In this document: positions 1-12,955 of the stretch, in pieces
Layout of the letters: every line of letters starts with the position of its first letter
Numbering within the stretch: the stretch's first letter is position 1
Origin: Octopus bimaculoides
Taxonomy: Eukaryota
Direction: 5' to 3'
Assembly: GCF_001194135.2 (NCBI RefSeq)
Contig: NC_068982.1
Span: forward strand, 87,388,751 to 87,452,750
DNA length: 64,000 nucleotides
Translations under genes and position numbers: made by a program
Notes under the pieces: generated by a model
What the model was told of the DNA's origin: nothing
What the model saw: the letters and a program-made list of their open reading frames with translations, nothing else
Database searches by the model: none

Positions 1-141
1 AAAGATGAAAGGTCAAAATCAACCTTTCCAATATTTTAGCTCACAATGTAAAGAGTTAGAAGGAATGCTACTAAGCATTTTGTTCAATATACTAACAACT
101 CTATCAGCTCACCACCATAATGATAATAATAATAATAATAC

Positions 142-400
142 TTAGGTATAATTAAAAAATACTCAGACAAATACATAACAAAAATACCAGGACTTACAAA
201 TATATGTAACATACAGAAAATTGCACTACTGGGTACTGCACACATTCTACGCAAAACACTTTCAATACAGTAAACATAAAAGCACCACAGCAAACCACAG
301 CACATACCCAAGGCGCACAGAGCTGCGCTCGGTAGTGAAGTGAAAGCACGTTATAAAAATAAAACTACTGAACAATAATAATAATAATAATAATAACAAC
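142..400 (+). mobile_element. 3' end of an R4/Dong-like RLE non-LTR retrotransposon with (AAT)n tail
   Basis: Reads GIIKKYSDKYITKIPGLTNICNIQKIALLGTAHILRKTLSIQ-stop plus a 3' UTR; homologous to 3250-3480; ends in an AAT repeat. Confidence 0.75.
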
Positions 401-606
401 AATGGCACTCTTCTTTTTATGTTTCTATTTCTTCTGGAGGAGTTACCTCAATCCTACAAATATTAACCAAAATGAAGTAGATTGATAAGTTTATTTTTTG
501 AACCCATGGAAGACACACGAGATGTCAAAATATTGTTCACTTGATAACGATGGTACTCTTCTTTTTTTGCTTCTATATCTTCTGGAGGAGTTACCTCTGT
601 CCTATA

Positions 607-669
<63 letters not shown>

Positions 670-862
670 CCTTGAAATTTTGGGGGAGGGGACTAGTTGA
701 TTATATTGACTCCAGTGTTTCACTGGTACTTAATTTATTGACCCCAAAAGGATGAAAGACAAAGTTGACCTTGGCAGAATTTGAACCAAGAACATAAAGA
801 CAGACAAAATAGAACTAAGCATTTCGCCTGCTATGCTAATCATCCTACCAGCTCGCCACCTT
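670..862 (-). mobile_element. SINE family A (head ggcgagctggcagaatcgttag...gttctgagttcaaatt). Other copies near 1540-1750(-), 5407-5620(+), 17878-18290(+, tandem), 54000-54415(-, tandem), 61092-61505(+, tandem), 63208-63430(+), 63700-63818(-)
   Basis: Many dispersed, mutually similar ~200-bp copies with a B-box-like gagttcaaat and microsatellite tails. Confidence 0.8.
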
Positions 863-891
863 AAATAATAATAATAATAAAAATAATAATG

Positions 892-950
<59 letters not shown>

Positions 951-952
<2 letters not shown>

Positions 953-1506
953 TGCCCTGATGCAGTACCAGGCACTGGCTCTCATAACTTCTGATCTTAA
1001 CTGATTAGAAGTGTGACCATGCACATGTTTTGTCTTGGTATAAAAGATGGGCTACAGCAAATATTCTGCTCAGTACCACACATTTGCTTGTCAGTTGCTT
1101 GATCTTAACCAGTCAAGCATGTCCCTTGGTGGCTGATGATATGTGCATCTCTGATCACAAGCAGAAGTAGTGGGGAGCATCATAGCCATGTGTTGAGAGA
1201 AATTCTTTGGGGTTTGAATTATTCACCTCTGGAAACATGGGTATTTCATTCAACATCTTTAAACGAACTTTATTCAGTGAACTTTTGAGTGGAATGGGCT
1301 ACTCGACTTGAAGAAAATTCTAACTGGGCCCCACCTGCAAGGTCATGTGCTGTTTATCTTGATATGAGATCACCATGTTGCGCACATATGGTTGTGATGC
1401 ATGTGCCTGGTATACCCTTATCAGATGGGTAGTCATGATGGGTATGTTGAGCTTTGTATATTTGTACCTCAGTAACACTTTGATGGCATGCACTGGTCTC
1501 TCACGC
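951..1506. repeat. Unclassified interspersed repeat flanked on both sides by (AAT)n
   Basis: Higher-GC island between AAT tracts; no informative ORF. Confidence 0.45.
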
Positions 1507-1766
1507 AATAATAATGATAATAATAATAATAATAATGGTTTAAAATTTTGCCACAAGGACAGCAATTTTGGGGGAGGGGATGAGTTGAAAATACTGAGCC
1601 CGGCATTCAACTGGTACTTATTTTATTGAACTTGAGAGGATGAAAGAAAAAGACAACCTTGGTGGAATTTGAGCTTAGAACATAGCAACGGGCAAAATAC
1701 TGCTAAGCGTTTTGTCCAGTGCACTAATGATTCTGCCAGCTCGCTACCTTATATAATAATAATGAT

Positions 1767-1829
<63 letters not shown>

Positions 1830-1837
1830 CCTTTCCT

Positions 1838-3480
1838 GCTTGGCACTGATGCCTTTAACTGACATGCTAAGCAGAACTGGATGTGGCTACAAATGCTAGA
1901 GAAAAACAATCAACCATCTCTTGTATATGGATGATCTAAAACCGTATGTTGCAAAGGATAAACAACTGGAAACATTACTACAGACAGTGCATAGATTTAA
2001 CAAAGAAATAAACATGAAATTTACCTTAGAAAAATGAGCCAAAGCAACTTTGAAAAGAGGAAAACTAGTTAAGAGTAACAATATCCCACTAGATAAAGCA
2101 AATAAAATAAGAGAATGAGACCAAAGCCAGACATACAAATACTTATGAATCAATGATCCAGACATGGCACAACACACAAATAAAAGCGAAGATAAGGAAG
2201 GAATATCATAGACAAGTTAGATTAATACTTAAAACAGAGCTCAATGCAGAAAACATGATAATAGGTATCAACACTCTGGCTTCCCTGGTAATAAGTTACA
2301 GTTACAATATCCTTATTTGGACTCTAAATGAACTAACCAAACTAGACAGGAAAACAAAGAAAAAATAATGAAAGAATTTAGGATGCATCACCCAAAATCT
2401 GACATAGAAAGAGTATATGCACAATGAATTGAAGATAATACAGGCCTTATACAACTACAAAACTATTATAAAATAACCATCATAGGATTACAGAAATATC
2501 TAATTCAGAAGCAAAGGAAACTGGTACAAAATACAAACAAAACAAAACACTGTTTTCTGTCTTTAAGGAAGCTACAAAATACAACAAAGAAGTCATTGTA
2601 TCTGACAGCTATGAAAAAAAAAGAAGAAACAAAAGCTGTAAAACAACTGAAATCCAAACTGAAACTGGAACAGCAAAATACCATGATAAAACGATGGCAA
2701 GAAAAGCCCTTACATTACAAATACTGGGACATGCTAAACAGAAAAGAAATAGACAAAGTAAAGAATTGTTGAGAAGCTCAAGAATCAAAGCAAAGACTGA
2801 AGGGTTTTTAATTGCAATACAACCAGAAATCACCAAAAACATAATATGAATATGTGGTGATGGGGAAGAAACAATAAATCATACTGTCTCTAGCGGTTCA
2901 GTTCTGGCTAAGAAAGAATATATTCACAGACATGACAGAGATGGGACCTATATACACTGGAAGCTATGACAGCAGGAAAAAGATGGTATAGATATACCCC
3001 AGAAAAGATCTCAAAAAATGACAAAGCAACCATACTCTGGGATATGCCAATACACACAGATAGAGAAATCAAGGCTAATAGACTGGACATAGTTGTCAGA
3101 GATCATCAAGAAAAAAAAATGCTTTCTAATTGATGTATTAAACCCAGCAGATAACAAAATACTCTCAAAATACAAAGATCTAGAAATAGAGATAACCTGA
3201 ATGTGGAGCCTAAAAACAAACAATCCCAATAATGGTAGATGCATTGGACATGATTAAAAAAACATTCAGACAAATACATAACAAAAGCACCAGGATTTAT
3301 GAATATAAATAACACTCAGACAAAAGCACTACTAGGCACTGTGCACATCCTACAGAAAACACTTTTAATACAGTGAAAATAACAGCACCAAAACAAACTA
3401 TAGCACATACCCAAGGCACACAGAACTGCATTCAGTAGTGCAGTGAAAGCATGTGATAAAAATAAGACTACTGAATAATA
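1838..3480 (+). mobile_element. 5'-truncated, degenerate R4/Dong-like (RLE-clade) non-LTR retrotransposon
   Basis: HLLYMDDLK RT motif near 1915-1940; IIGINTLA.LVISYS; zinc-finger remnant (CGDGEETINH...RHD); restriction-like endonuclease ILWDMPIHTDREIKANRLDIVV...FLIDV...KYKDL; many stops and frameshifts. Confidence 0.85.
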
Positions 3481-3777
3481 GCAATCCTGTCTACTATAGA
3501 CACCAAAAAGATGAAGTTAGCTTCAGTGGAATTTGAACTCAGAAAGTTTATGAATCAGAAAAAATGCCATTAAATATTTTGTTTCTGCTAGCTTCCTACT
3601 GTTGGAAAGTGAGCATCTTCTATATGTCTTGCCAAGTACCAATTGCAAAACTCCACTCTGAAAAGAGGTTTCCATAAAAAAATTAAATTCTGTCTGTAAT
3701 GATAATAAAAAAAAGTATATTAATAATAATAATAAGAAGAAGAAGAAGAAGAAGAATCATGATAAGTATAATAATGA

Positions 3778-3833
<56 letters not shown>

Positions 3834-4187
3834 ACAACAACAACAACAGCAACTTAAAATGTTAAATTCTTTGACTCATACTATGTGAATGTATAAAACT
3901 GGTTTATGCTTTAAATTTTTTTTTCCATTCTGTTTCCTATGACATAAGCTGTAGTAGTTGCCCCTAGCTACTGCATCAATAATAGCTTACCTTGTTCATT
4001 GTCTATGATTTAAAATTCTTTAGAAAATCTCTTGATTGAAATTGGAAAGTAAAAAGGAAAAAAAAACTTTAATTAAACATATGTGTGTGTGATGGAATGA
4101 GAGTTAATGAAATGTAGAGTCTTAAATTTGAACATCTAAACATAGAACAAAACAAAAACTAAAAAGAAAAACCTAATTTTCTTTCAG

Positions 4188-4282
4188 CTGTGGTTTCTGA
4201 AACTGCTGTTAATGAAGAAGATAAATCTACACCAGAAGGAAATGAAAGCGTTGAAGGAGATTCTGCAAAAGAGAATTTTGAG
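4188..4282 (+). CDS. DNAI1: DNAI1 exon, acidic N-terminal linker [31 protein letters not shown]
   Basis: ttttctttcag acceptor, GAG/gtaaac donor, open frame ending in phase 0. Poorly conserved sequence, so less certain than the WD exons. Confidence 0.7.
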
Positions 4283-7200
4283 GTAAACCCCACAGTAGAA
4301 AAATACTACATAGCTCAGTGGTTAGAGCACCAGGCTCACAATCATGAGGTAGTGAGTTTGATTCCTGGACCAGGTTGTGTGTTGGGTTCTTGAGCAAGAC
4401 ACTTTATTTCCCATTGCCTCCAGTCTACTCAGCTGTAGAACTGAGTTGTGACATGACTGGGGACGAGCTGTATTGGCCTTTGCCTTTCCCTTGGATAAAA
4501 TCAGTGGCAGGGAGAGGAGAGGCTGGTATGCATGGGTGACTGCTGGTCTTCCATAAACAACCTTGCCCAGACTTATGCCTCTGAGGGTAACTTTCTAGGT
4601 GCAATTCCATGATCGTTCATGACCCAAGGGGATCTTTTTTATGTTTTATAGATGTATGGGTGTGGGTGTGTTTGTAAATGTGTGTGTTTGTGTGTGTGTG
4701 TTACCATATTTTTTCATGTTGACAGCATTTGAACAACAGATCTCTTGAGTAATGTTGCTTGACAGGATGTATAGTTTGGAGATCTGGAAGAAGCCTCTCT
4801 AGGCTGAACTGCTACACCTCCGCATTGAAAGATCACTGCTCTGTTACTATGGACATGTGATTAGAATGTCACAGGAATAGATCGTAAGACAGTTTCTTCA
4901 AGAGGTACCAAGCGAAAGGTGACCTAGGGGTAGACCAAGATTAAGATGGTTGGATAATGTCCATAGTTTCAGTTGGTCACATTAGGGAATCCAGCTGAAA
5001 AATGCAATAAGCGTTGTTTCTTATAGGACCCTATGGAGGAGGTATACTAGGATTCTACTCCCTACAACCCTCCTAGGAATAGTGAGTGGAAAAAGTGGAT
5101 GGATAGATGTTTATGTATCAAGTGGGACAATACATTCCATAGTTTTATTGTTTCATTTGTTTTGATATGAAATTCAGAGAAATAAAAATACCATATTTGG
5201 AAGACAGTTAAGGATTAGCATTGATGATGATGAAGTGCATCAAGACAAATAATGATGTTTTAATAACAGTCAAATCCATGCTTGCATGGAAATGATGATG
5301 ATGATGATGATGTTTGTGTATGTGTGTGTGTATTTGATGATACAAGCAGGAAAAAAAAAATCAAAAGATAAGCATATATATTTTTTATTGTTAATTGGCA
5401 GAGCAAGGCAGTGAGCTGGTAGAATCGTTAGCAAGCTGGGCAAGATCCTTAGCAGCATTTTGTCTGGCTTTATGTTATAAGTTCAAATTCTACTGAGGTC
5501 AACTTTGTCTTTCACCCTTTTGGAATAAAATAAGGACCAGTTGAACATTGAGGTTGATGGAATCAACTTAGCTCCTCTCTAAAAATTGCTGGCCTTGTAC
5601 CAAAATTTGAAACCGCTATTAATTTGCAGACTTCACATGAAGCCCTTGGCTCTTGCGTCCCTTTGCAATTGCTACTGATTAATAATAATTTGTATGTGTG
5701 CGAATTTTCTATGGTGAATTTTCTATGGCAAATTTTCTATGGTTGGATGCCCTTCCTGTTGCCAACCCTTGCTTGGTTCCCGCTATGATAATATTTCCAC
5801 GTGGTTGGTTATGTTTTCAAGTAAGACTGAAAACAAAGGACATTGCTTGTCTGATGGTGAAACTTGTTTATAACTATCACACAATGTCAAAACAAAGTGA
5901 AACAAACACACACCTACACATACACTCACATAGAAGAGAGAGAAAAAGAGAATGAAAGAGAGAATGAGAGAGAGATTATTTATTTTGATTTTTGTTCACC
6001 TCAAATCTTCCTTCGAAATTTTACTTATTTCCATAGTTTCTATTTATATAGAATTGTTGTTTATCTACTTTTCTGGTCTCTGATTTTCTCAGAACACTTC
6101 TAAAATTCTCCAAATTTCCTTTAATTTCTTTAAAATTTTAAAAATTTATACCCATCCTCAGTTTTTCATGTTTTGCATTGTATTGCTTTATTTTCTTTTG
6201 TTGATATTTTTTGAACCAGTTTTTTTTTCTTCAGACATAATGTTTCTAAACTACATTCTCAAATTTATCCTCCTTTTTTTAAATTCAAAGGAGCTCTGAT
6301 TTTAAAGATATTTAGCTGTTATCTCTAGCTGGTTGAGCAAACCACATAACAGTTCCTTCATTGGTTCAGAGTACTGCCAATATAGTGAAGATGGTCAAAG
6401 CAGCAGCTTTATAAATTACAGTATTTACTTAAATCTTGTTTTTATGTTTGATTTACTTTGGAGTCTAGTTTGCTTTTCCTGTACTTCACTCCCACAGGAA
6501 ATAAGTATCACTAATATGCTTTAATCATTTCAGTCGAATATTTAGCTATAAATGGAAACAAATCATTTTATAGTATAGCTACTAACTATTAACAATGCAT
6601 AATATTCTTGTCATCCAAGATTATTCATTTATTTCAGGTAATAACACCAGAAGAACCTGTAGCATCACCAGCAAAAGGAAAATTGACAAACCAGTTTAAT
6701 TTCAGTGAAAGAGCTTCTCAAACCTATAACAATCCTATACGGGTTAGTCATAAAATTAATGGTTATCTGATTGCTTTTAACTATTGTATTCAAACTGGCC
6801 AAAGCTGGTTGCTATAAAGATAGTGACATTTGTTGAGACTGTGTACAAAGCTGGTTTTGATGGAAGATTATCTTTGATCGCTGGTAAACTGTTACCAAAT
6901 CATAAGAGACATCACATTAAGTAGAGATTATTTAATCAACTGTTTTCTTCATCAAATCTATAACCTTGTGCTTACTAATAATAATGCTAATGAAATCTTC
7001 ATTAATATTATCAATACTGTAGGTGATGAACCAGTAGAGTTGTTAGAGTGTCAGATGGAATGACTTATGGTATTAGTTCTGATCCTGTGTGCTCTGAATT
7101 CAAATTTCACCAAGGTCAACTTTGCCTTTCTTCTTTTTAGAGTCCATAAAAAAATAATACCAATCTGTGATGTACATTGTTGAAACCAGTATTTGTTCAA

Positions 7201-10200
7201 GTTCTTTGTGTTCTGAATTCAAACTCAACAATGGCTTACTTGGGTGGTATACTTAACCTAGTTCCCCATTTAACATCACCTTGAATGGGTTACTTTCAGC
7301 AGAGTCCAGTTTATTGCAAGCATTTGGGCCAGTTCTCAAGTTTGAGGATGCTTTCTCCCTCCCAAAAGTCTTGAAGGGTCTATAAAGAGTCATGGACTTT
7401 GCCTTCTCCACTCCTAACTAAAACATAAGAAAAAAAATTCCTTCTTTATATTCTATAACCTATTGTCATGAAGATGTGTTGTGAATATATACATTTTGTT
7501 TTCATTATTAGACTAATGATCCCCTGAAGAATATAGTTTTGTGTAGTTATTGTCTTCATGCTGTTGAAGAGGACAGCATGTTATACACCCCATTGAGACA
7601 ATAAGTAGAAACTGGAAAGGAATGAAGTGAACTTGATGTGTTAGATGTATAATGTTAATCTGCATGAAAAGCCAACACAAGTAATAAAACTAGTGGCTTG
7701 GCATAAGGCATCAACCACACTGTGTTGCAAAAATTACTACTCTAATATAGACTTGTGTTGTGAATGAACTATGGACGCTGATTAGCTCTTATGTTATCAT
7801 ATGTTTGCTGAAATACACTGCTTTTGTTTAAATAAATTTTTGAAATAATGACAATGTCATTATTAAGCAGGTGTTTGGAACAATGAAATATTGATAGCAG
7901 ATATTGATTTAGTTCACTTTAGGGAGTTTGTGTCATAAAACCAGGGTATGTCTTGGGAGGGGTAGTATGAAAAGGATTTAAAACAAGGGATGCATCATAT
8001 TGATAATGGTTAGCTATGGAATATGAAGACTGAGAAAGATATAGAAAAATGTAATGAACTCAGATCTTAGTGCTGAGTTTCACAGATAAAACAAAGACCA
8101 ATGGGAGTGACATTATGTTGTATGACAGTCAGCTAATACCACAATGGAAAAGCAATAAAACATTGATGGTGTTGTGCAGCCAGGTCAACTCTGATTGCAT
8201 AGATAGATGATCAAAGTCATTCTAGTTATGGCCAGTCCGTGCTTTTAATAGCTTTTATCATCCAATATGCTGTTGCCTTTCCTAACATGATAAGGTGATT
8301 TGAGGAAAATTTGGTAGCTTCTAGCAGGTTGAGTGACCAAGTAGAGTGTGGTAATGACAATAACATATGTGACTCTCTTTGTGTATATGTATGTGTGGTT
8401 TTATTTTGAGGCACCATATTTAGTCCAATATTCTTATGCAGGATGCTGGAACTATGACAGAACCACCACCAAAAGTCAGATTTTCATCTAATGTTAGCCA
8501 GTGGGAAATATTTGATGCTTATATTGAAGATTTTGAAAAACAGGTAATCTTTGTTTTACTAACTTATTTGGTGAAAATACCTAGAAGGGAAAACCCTAGA
8601 TTCCCACTTATATAACCCATTACCCACCCTGTTATCTATTCAACTTTCTTCTTCCTCTTTTTCTCGACCCTGTCACTAATCTTTTCCCTCTCCCTTGCTC
8701 CTTGCTGTAGATCTAGGGTATAAAATTTAAAAAATGCACACTTTGTGCAGGAGTGGCTGTGTGGTAAGAAGCTTGCTTCCCAACCACATGGTTCGAGATT
8801 CAGTCCCACTGCATGGCATCTTGAGCAAGTGTCTTCTATCATAGCTTTGAGCTGACCAAAGCCTTGTGAGTGGATTTGGTAGACAGAAACTGAAAGTAGC
8901 CTGTCATATATATNNNNNNNNNNNNNNNNNNNNNNNNNNNNNNNNNNNNNNNNNNNNNNNNNNNNNNNNNNNNNNNNNNNNNNNNNNNNNNNNNNNNNNN
9001 NNNNNNNNNNNNNNNNNNNNNNNNNNNNNNNNNNNNNNNNNNNNNNNNNNNNNNNNNNNNNNNNNNNNNNNNNNNNNNNNNNNNNNNNNNNNNNNNNNNN
9101 NNNNNNNNNNNNNNNNNNNNNNNNNNNNNNNNNNNNNNNNNNNNNNNNNNNNNNNNNNNNNNNNNNNNNNNNNNNNNNNNNNNNNNNNNNNNNNNNNNNN
9201 NNNNNNNNNNNNNNNNNNNNNNNNNNNNNNNNNNNNNNNNNNNNNNNNNNNNNNNNNNNNNNNNNNNNNNNNNNNNNNNNNNNNNNNNNNNNNNNNNNNN
9301 NNNNNNNNNNNNNNNNNNNNNNNNNNNNNNNNNNNNNNNNNNNNNNNNNNNNNNNNNNNNNNNNNNNNNNNNNNNNNNNNNNNNNNNNNNNNNNNNNNNN
9401 NNNNNNNNNNNNNNNNNNNNNNNNNNNNNNNNNNNNNGTTTCAGTCATTTGACTGTGGCCATGCTGGAGCACTGCCTTTTAGTCGAGCAAATCGACCCCA
9501 GGACTTATTCTTTGGAAGACTAGTACTTATTCTATCGGTCTCTTTTGTCGAACCGCTAAATTATGGGGACGTAAACACACCAGCATCGGTTGTCAAGCGA
9601 TGTTGGGGGGGACAAACACAGACACACAAACACATATATATATACATATATACAACGGGCTTTTTTCAGTTTCCGTCTACCAAATCCACTCACAAGGCTT
9701 TGGTCGGCCCGAGGCTATAGTAGAAGACACTTGCCCAAGGTGCCACGCAGTGGGACTGAACCTGGAACCATGTGGTTGGTAAGCAAGCTACTTACCACAC
9801 AGCCACTATTTTTCATTTAGGCGAATAGTTTTCTTCTGATTGAAGATAAAGGTACTAATCCACAAGAAATGCATGTCCAATTCCAAAAATATAAGAGCAA
9901 AAAGTATGAGATGTTTTGGCACAGCTATTTTGGTGCTGCCTATTTGATATACTGATTCAATATTGACTTATCTGACATCGGGCATTTTAATATTTCTCTT
10001 GTTTAAGTGTTTCTCTAGTTCTTACCTCCTTCCTCATATTTGCTAAAAAAGAATAAGCTATCTTATGTTCCATTTAAATATTATTCTGTTAATAACCTGT
10101 TTCAATAATGCATTAAATCCTATCCATGTTAATGTGGGAAAAGAGTAAGAAAAGTTTGAAAGTAGAACAGCATGAGATGATTGTCATTTGTGGATTTATT

Positions 10201-11164
10201 TATTTTGATGTTTTTCAGCAAGAGAAAAAGGAAAAAGAGAAGAAAGGTTATGCTGGAAAGAAAGAAGAACAAGTTAAGAAAAAACTAACTAATATTGAAT
10301 CAACAGTGAGTATATTTTCTGATATATTCTAGATTATTTTGGTTAAGATACTCTTTTACTTGTTTCAGTCATTTGACTGTGGCCATGCTGGAGCAAATCG
10401 ACCCCAGGACTTATACTTTGTAAGCCTAGTACTAATTCTATCGGTCTCTTTTGCTGAACCGCTAAGTTTCGGGGACGTAAACAAACCAGCATCGGTTGTC
10501 AAGCGATGTTGGACACACACACACACACACACACGACAGGCTTCTTTCAGTTTCCGTCTACCAAATTTCTCTGATAAGATTCCATATTTTGTCTACCAAA
10601 TTTCACTCAGAAACTGATTCAGAGTGATACATTGTGATACAAGTATCAGCAAAGCAAACTTCTTAACCATGCCTGTACCTATGATGTCAATCCATAAAAT
10701 GTTTTGGTCTTGGCATTCTTACAACTTTTTCAGTTTGGAGAAATGATTAACAAGTATTCATCATCATCATTATTGTCATCATCATTCTCTTCATCGTCGT
10801 CGTCACCAGTCATCATCATTGTCATCATCACCATCTCCTTCTCCTCCTCTTTCTCTTCCTCTTCCTCTTCCTCCTCCTCCTTCTGTTCCTCTTCTTCCTC
10901 CTCCTCCTCGTCATCATCATTGCTGTCGTCGTTGTCATCATCATCATCATCATCATTTAATGTCCACTTTTCCATGCTTGCATGGGTCAGATTGAGTTTA
11001 ATGAGACAGATTTTCAACAGTTGGATGCCCTTCTTGTGAACCCTTATTTGCTTCCAAGCAAGGTAATAATCAGGCTTGTTTTCACAAAATACTGGAAAAG
11101 AAAGGACAGTCATATATAGTGATTACACAATGTCAAGACAAGGAGACACAAACATACACACACT

Positions 11165-11196
<32 letters not shown>

Positions 11197-12242
11197 TACA
11201 TACATGATGGGGTTCTTTCAGACTCCATCCACCAAATCTACTCACAGGGTTATAGAAAACTTTTACCCAAGGTACCATACAGCAGGACTGAAATCCAAAC
11301 CATGCAGTTAGGAAGAACACAGCCACATTTGCACTGCACAATAAACCAGGATCGTTCATCTGAACATAAAGAATGTACAGATTACAATTCCTAATTCGTT
11401 TATACAATTCTTAGTCTTCAACTCTTTTACATTCTTCCATCATCTTTATCTATTTTTACCATTTATTTTCTCACAGACTGATGACATTTCCTCTGTAAAT
11501 AAAGCAGCCATGATAATAGAGAGAATGGTAAATCAGAACACTTATGATGATATTGCTCAAGGTAGAGTGAACACAATTTCTTTACTTTAAAAATATACTG
11601 CTGCTGATGCTGTTACTGCCATTTCTACTGCTTCTGTCGCTGCTGCTGCTGCTGTTCCTACTGCTTTTGTTATTGTTGTTACTGCATTTCCCAATGCTTC
11701 TGCTACTATCTCTGTTGCTTCTACTGCTTTTGCCGTCCCTATTACAGCTTTTACAAGGTGAATAATGTTTTGTAAGGTTTTTTTTAAAGCATAGTAAAAA
11801 GAAGAGGCGGAGTCAAGAGGTGTAGGGGAAATGGGGAGGAAGTAAGCATGGTTCCTGGGTTGTGATCAAACCAGAGATATGGTTATAGTATTTGTAGCAG
11901 ATTGGATGTTACTAAGTTCAACAAAGGACCAATGGGTGGTATTTTATTTAACACATACATATACATACCTCTTTTCTATGCATACATATATATGTATATG
12001 CATGTATATATATGAGTGTGGGATAGGTCGTAACACACACATGGGTATAAAGGATAAATATGTATCACATTCAGCTGTATATTTTTGGGAGTGCAGTTGA
12101 ATACTAGTTATGCGATGATGCTTGATTGTGTACATATTTAATCCTAACACTCACAAATTTATAATTCGGAGTATTACACTGAGGAGAACAATAGGTAAAT
12201 ATAACATACACATGCACATTCACACACACGCATGCATGCTTG

Positions 12243-12276
<34 letters not shown>

Positions 12277-12907
12277 GGGCTTCTTTCAGTTTCAGGCAAC
12301 CGAATCCTCTCACAAAGTTTTGGTTACTCTGGAGCTATAGTAGAAGACACTTCCCCCAATGTGTCATGCAAGGAAATTGAACCCCAAACCACATGGTAAA
12401 GAAGTGAACTTCTTAACCACACAGCCATGCCAGTGTCTGTTCTACAAAGTTTTCTTTTTTTTTTTTTATTATTTTCACTAATTATAGATTTCAAATATTG
12501 GGAAGATGGTTCAGATGAATTCCGTGATCTTGAAGGAACTCTTTTACCATTATGGAAATTTTCTTTTGATAAAGCCAAGCACTTGACAGTAACTTCTCTT
12601 TGTTGGAATCCCAAATACAAAGACTTGTTTGCTGTGTCTTTTGGATCATGTAAGTAATCTTGGAATTCTGTTCCACCGTTTCAAATGCATTTTGGCAAAT
12701 TCATGGTACCATTGTTGTTCTTGTTTAGCTTCAACTCAGTTCTAACTGATCATTCCAGCAGTGATCACTCCAGCTTGATTGAGGTGGGGGGACATAGTGT
12801 ATCTAAGAATACATTACTGGATGTGTCCTTCATTTTACAAAACTGTAGGTTTTATTTGAGTGAAATTTAGCAAAGTAAGGTGGTTGTATGGCTTATAAAA
12901 TAACTAG

Positions 12908-12955
<48 letters not shown>

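Noticed and set aside
463-1909. Poly-Ile, poly-Tyr, poly-Leu and poly-Asn ORFs, and similar CV, HT and YI-repeat ORFs elsewhere
   Set aside because: These are translations of (AAT)n, (GT)n, (CA)n and (TA)n microsatellites with no splice or homology support.
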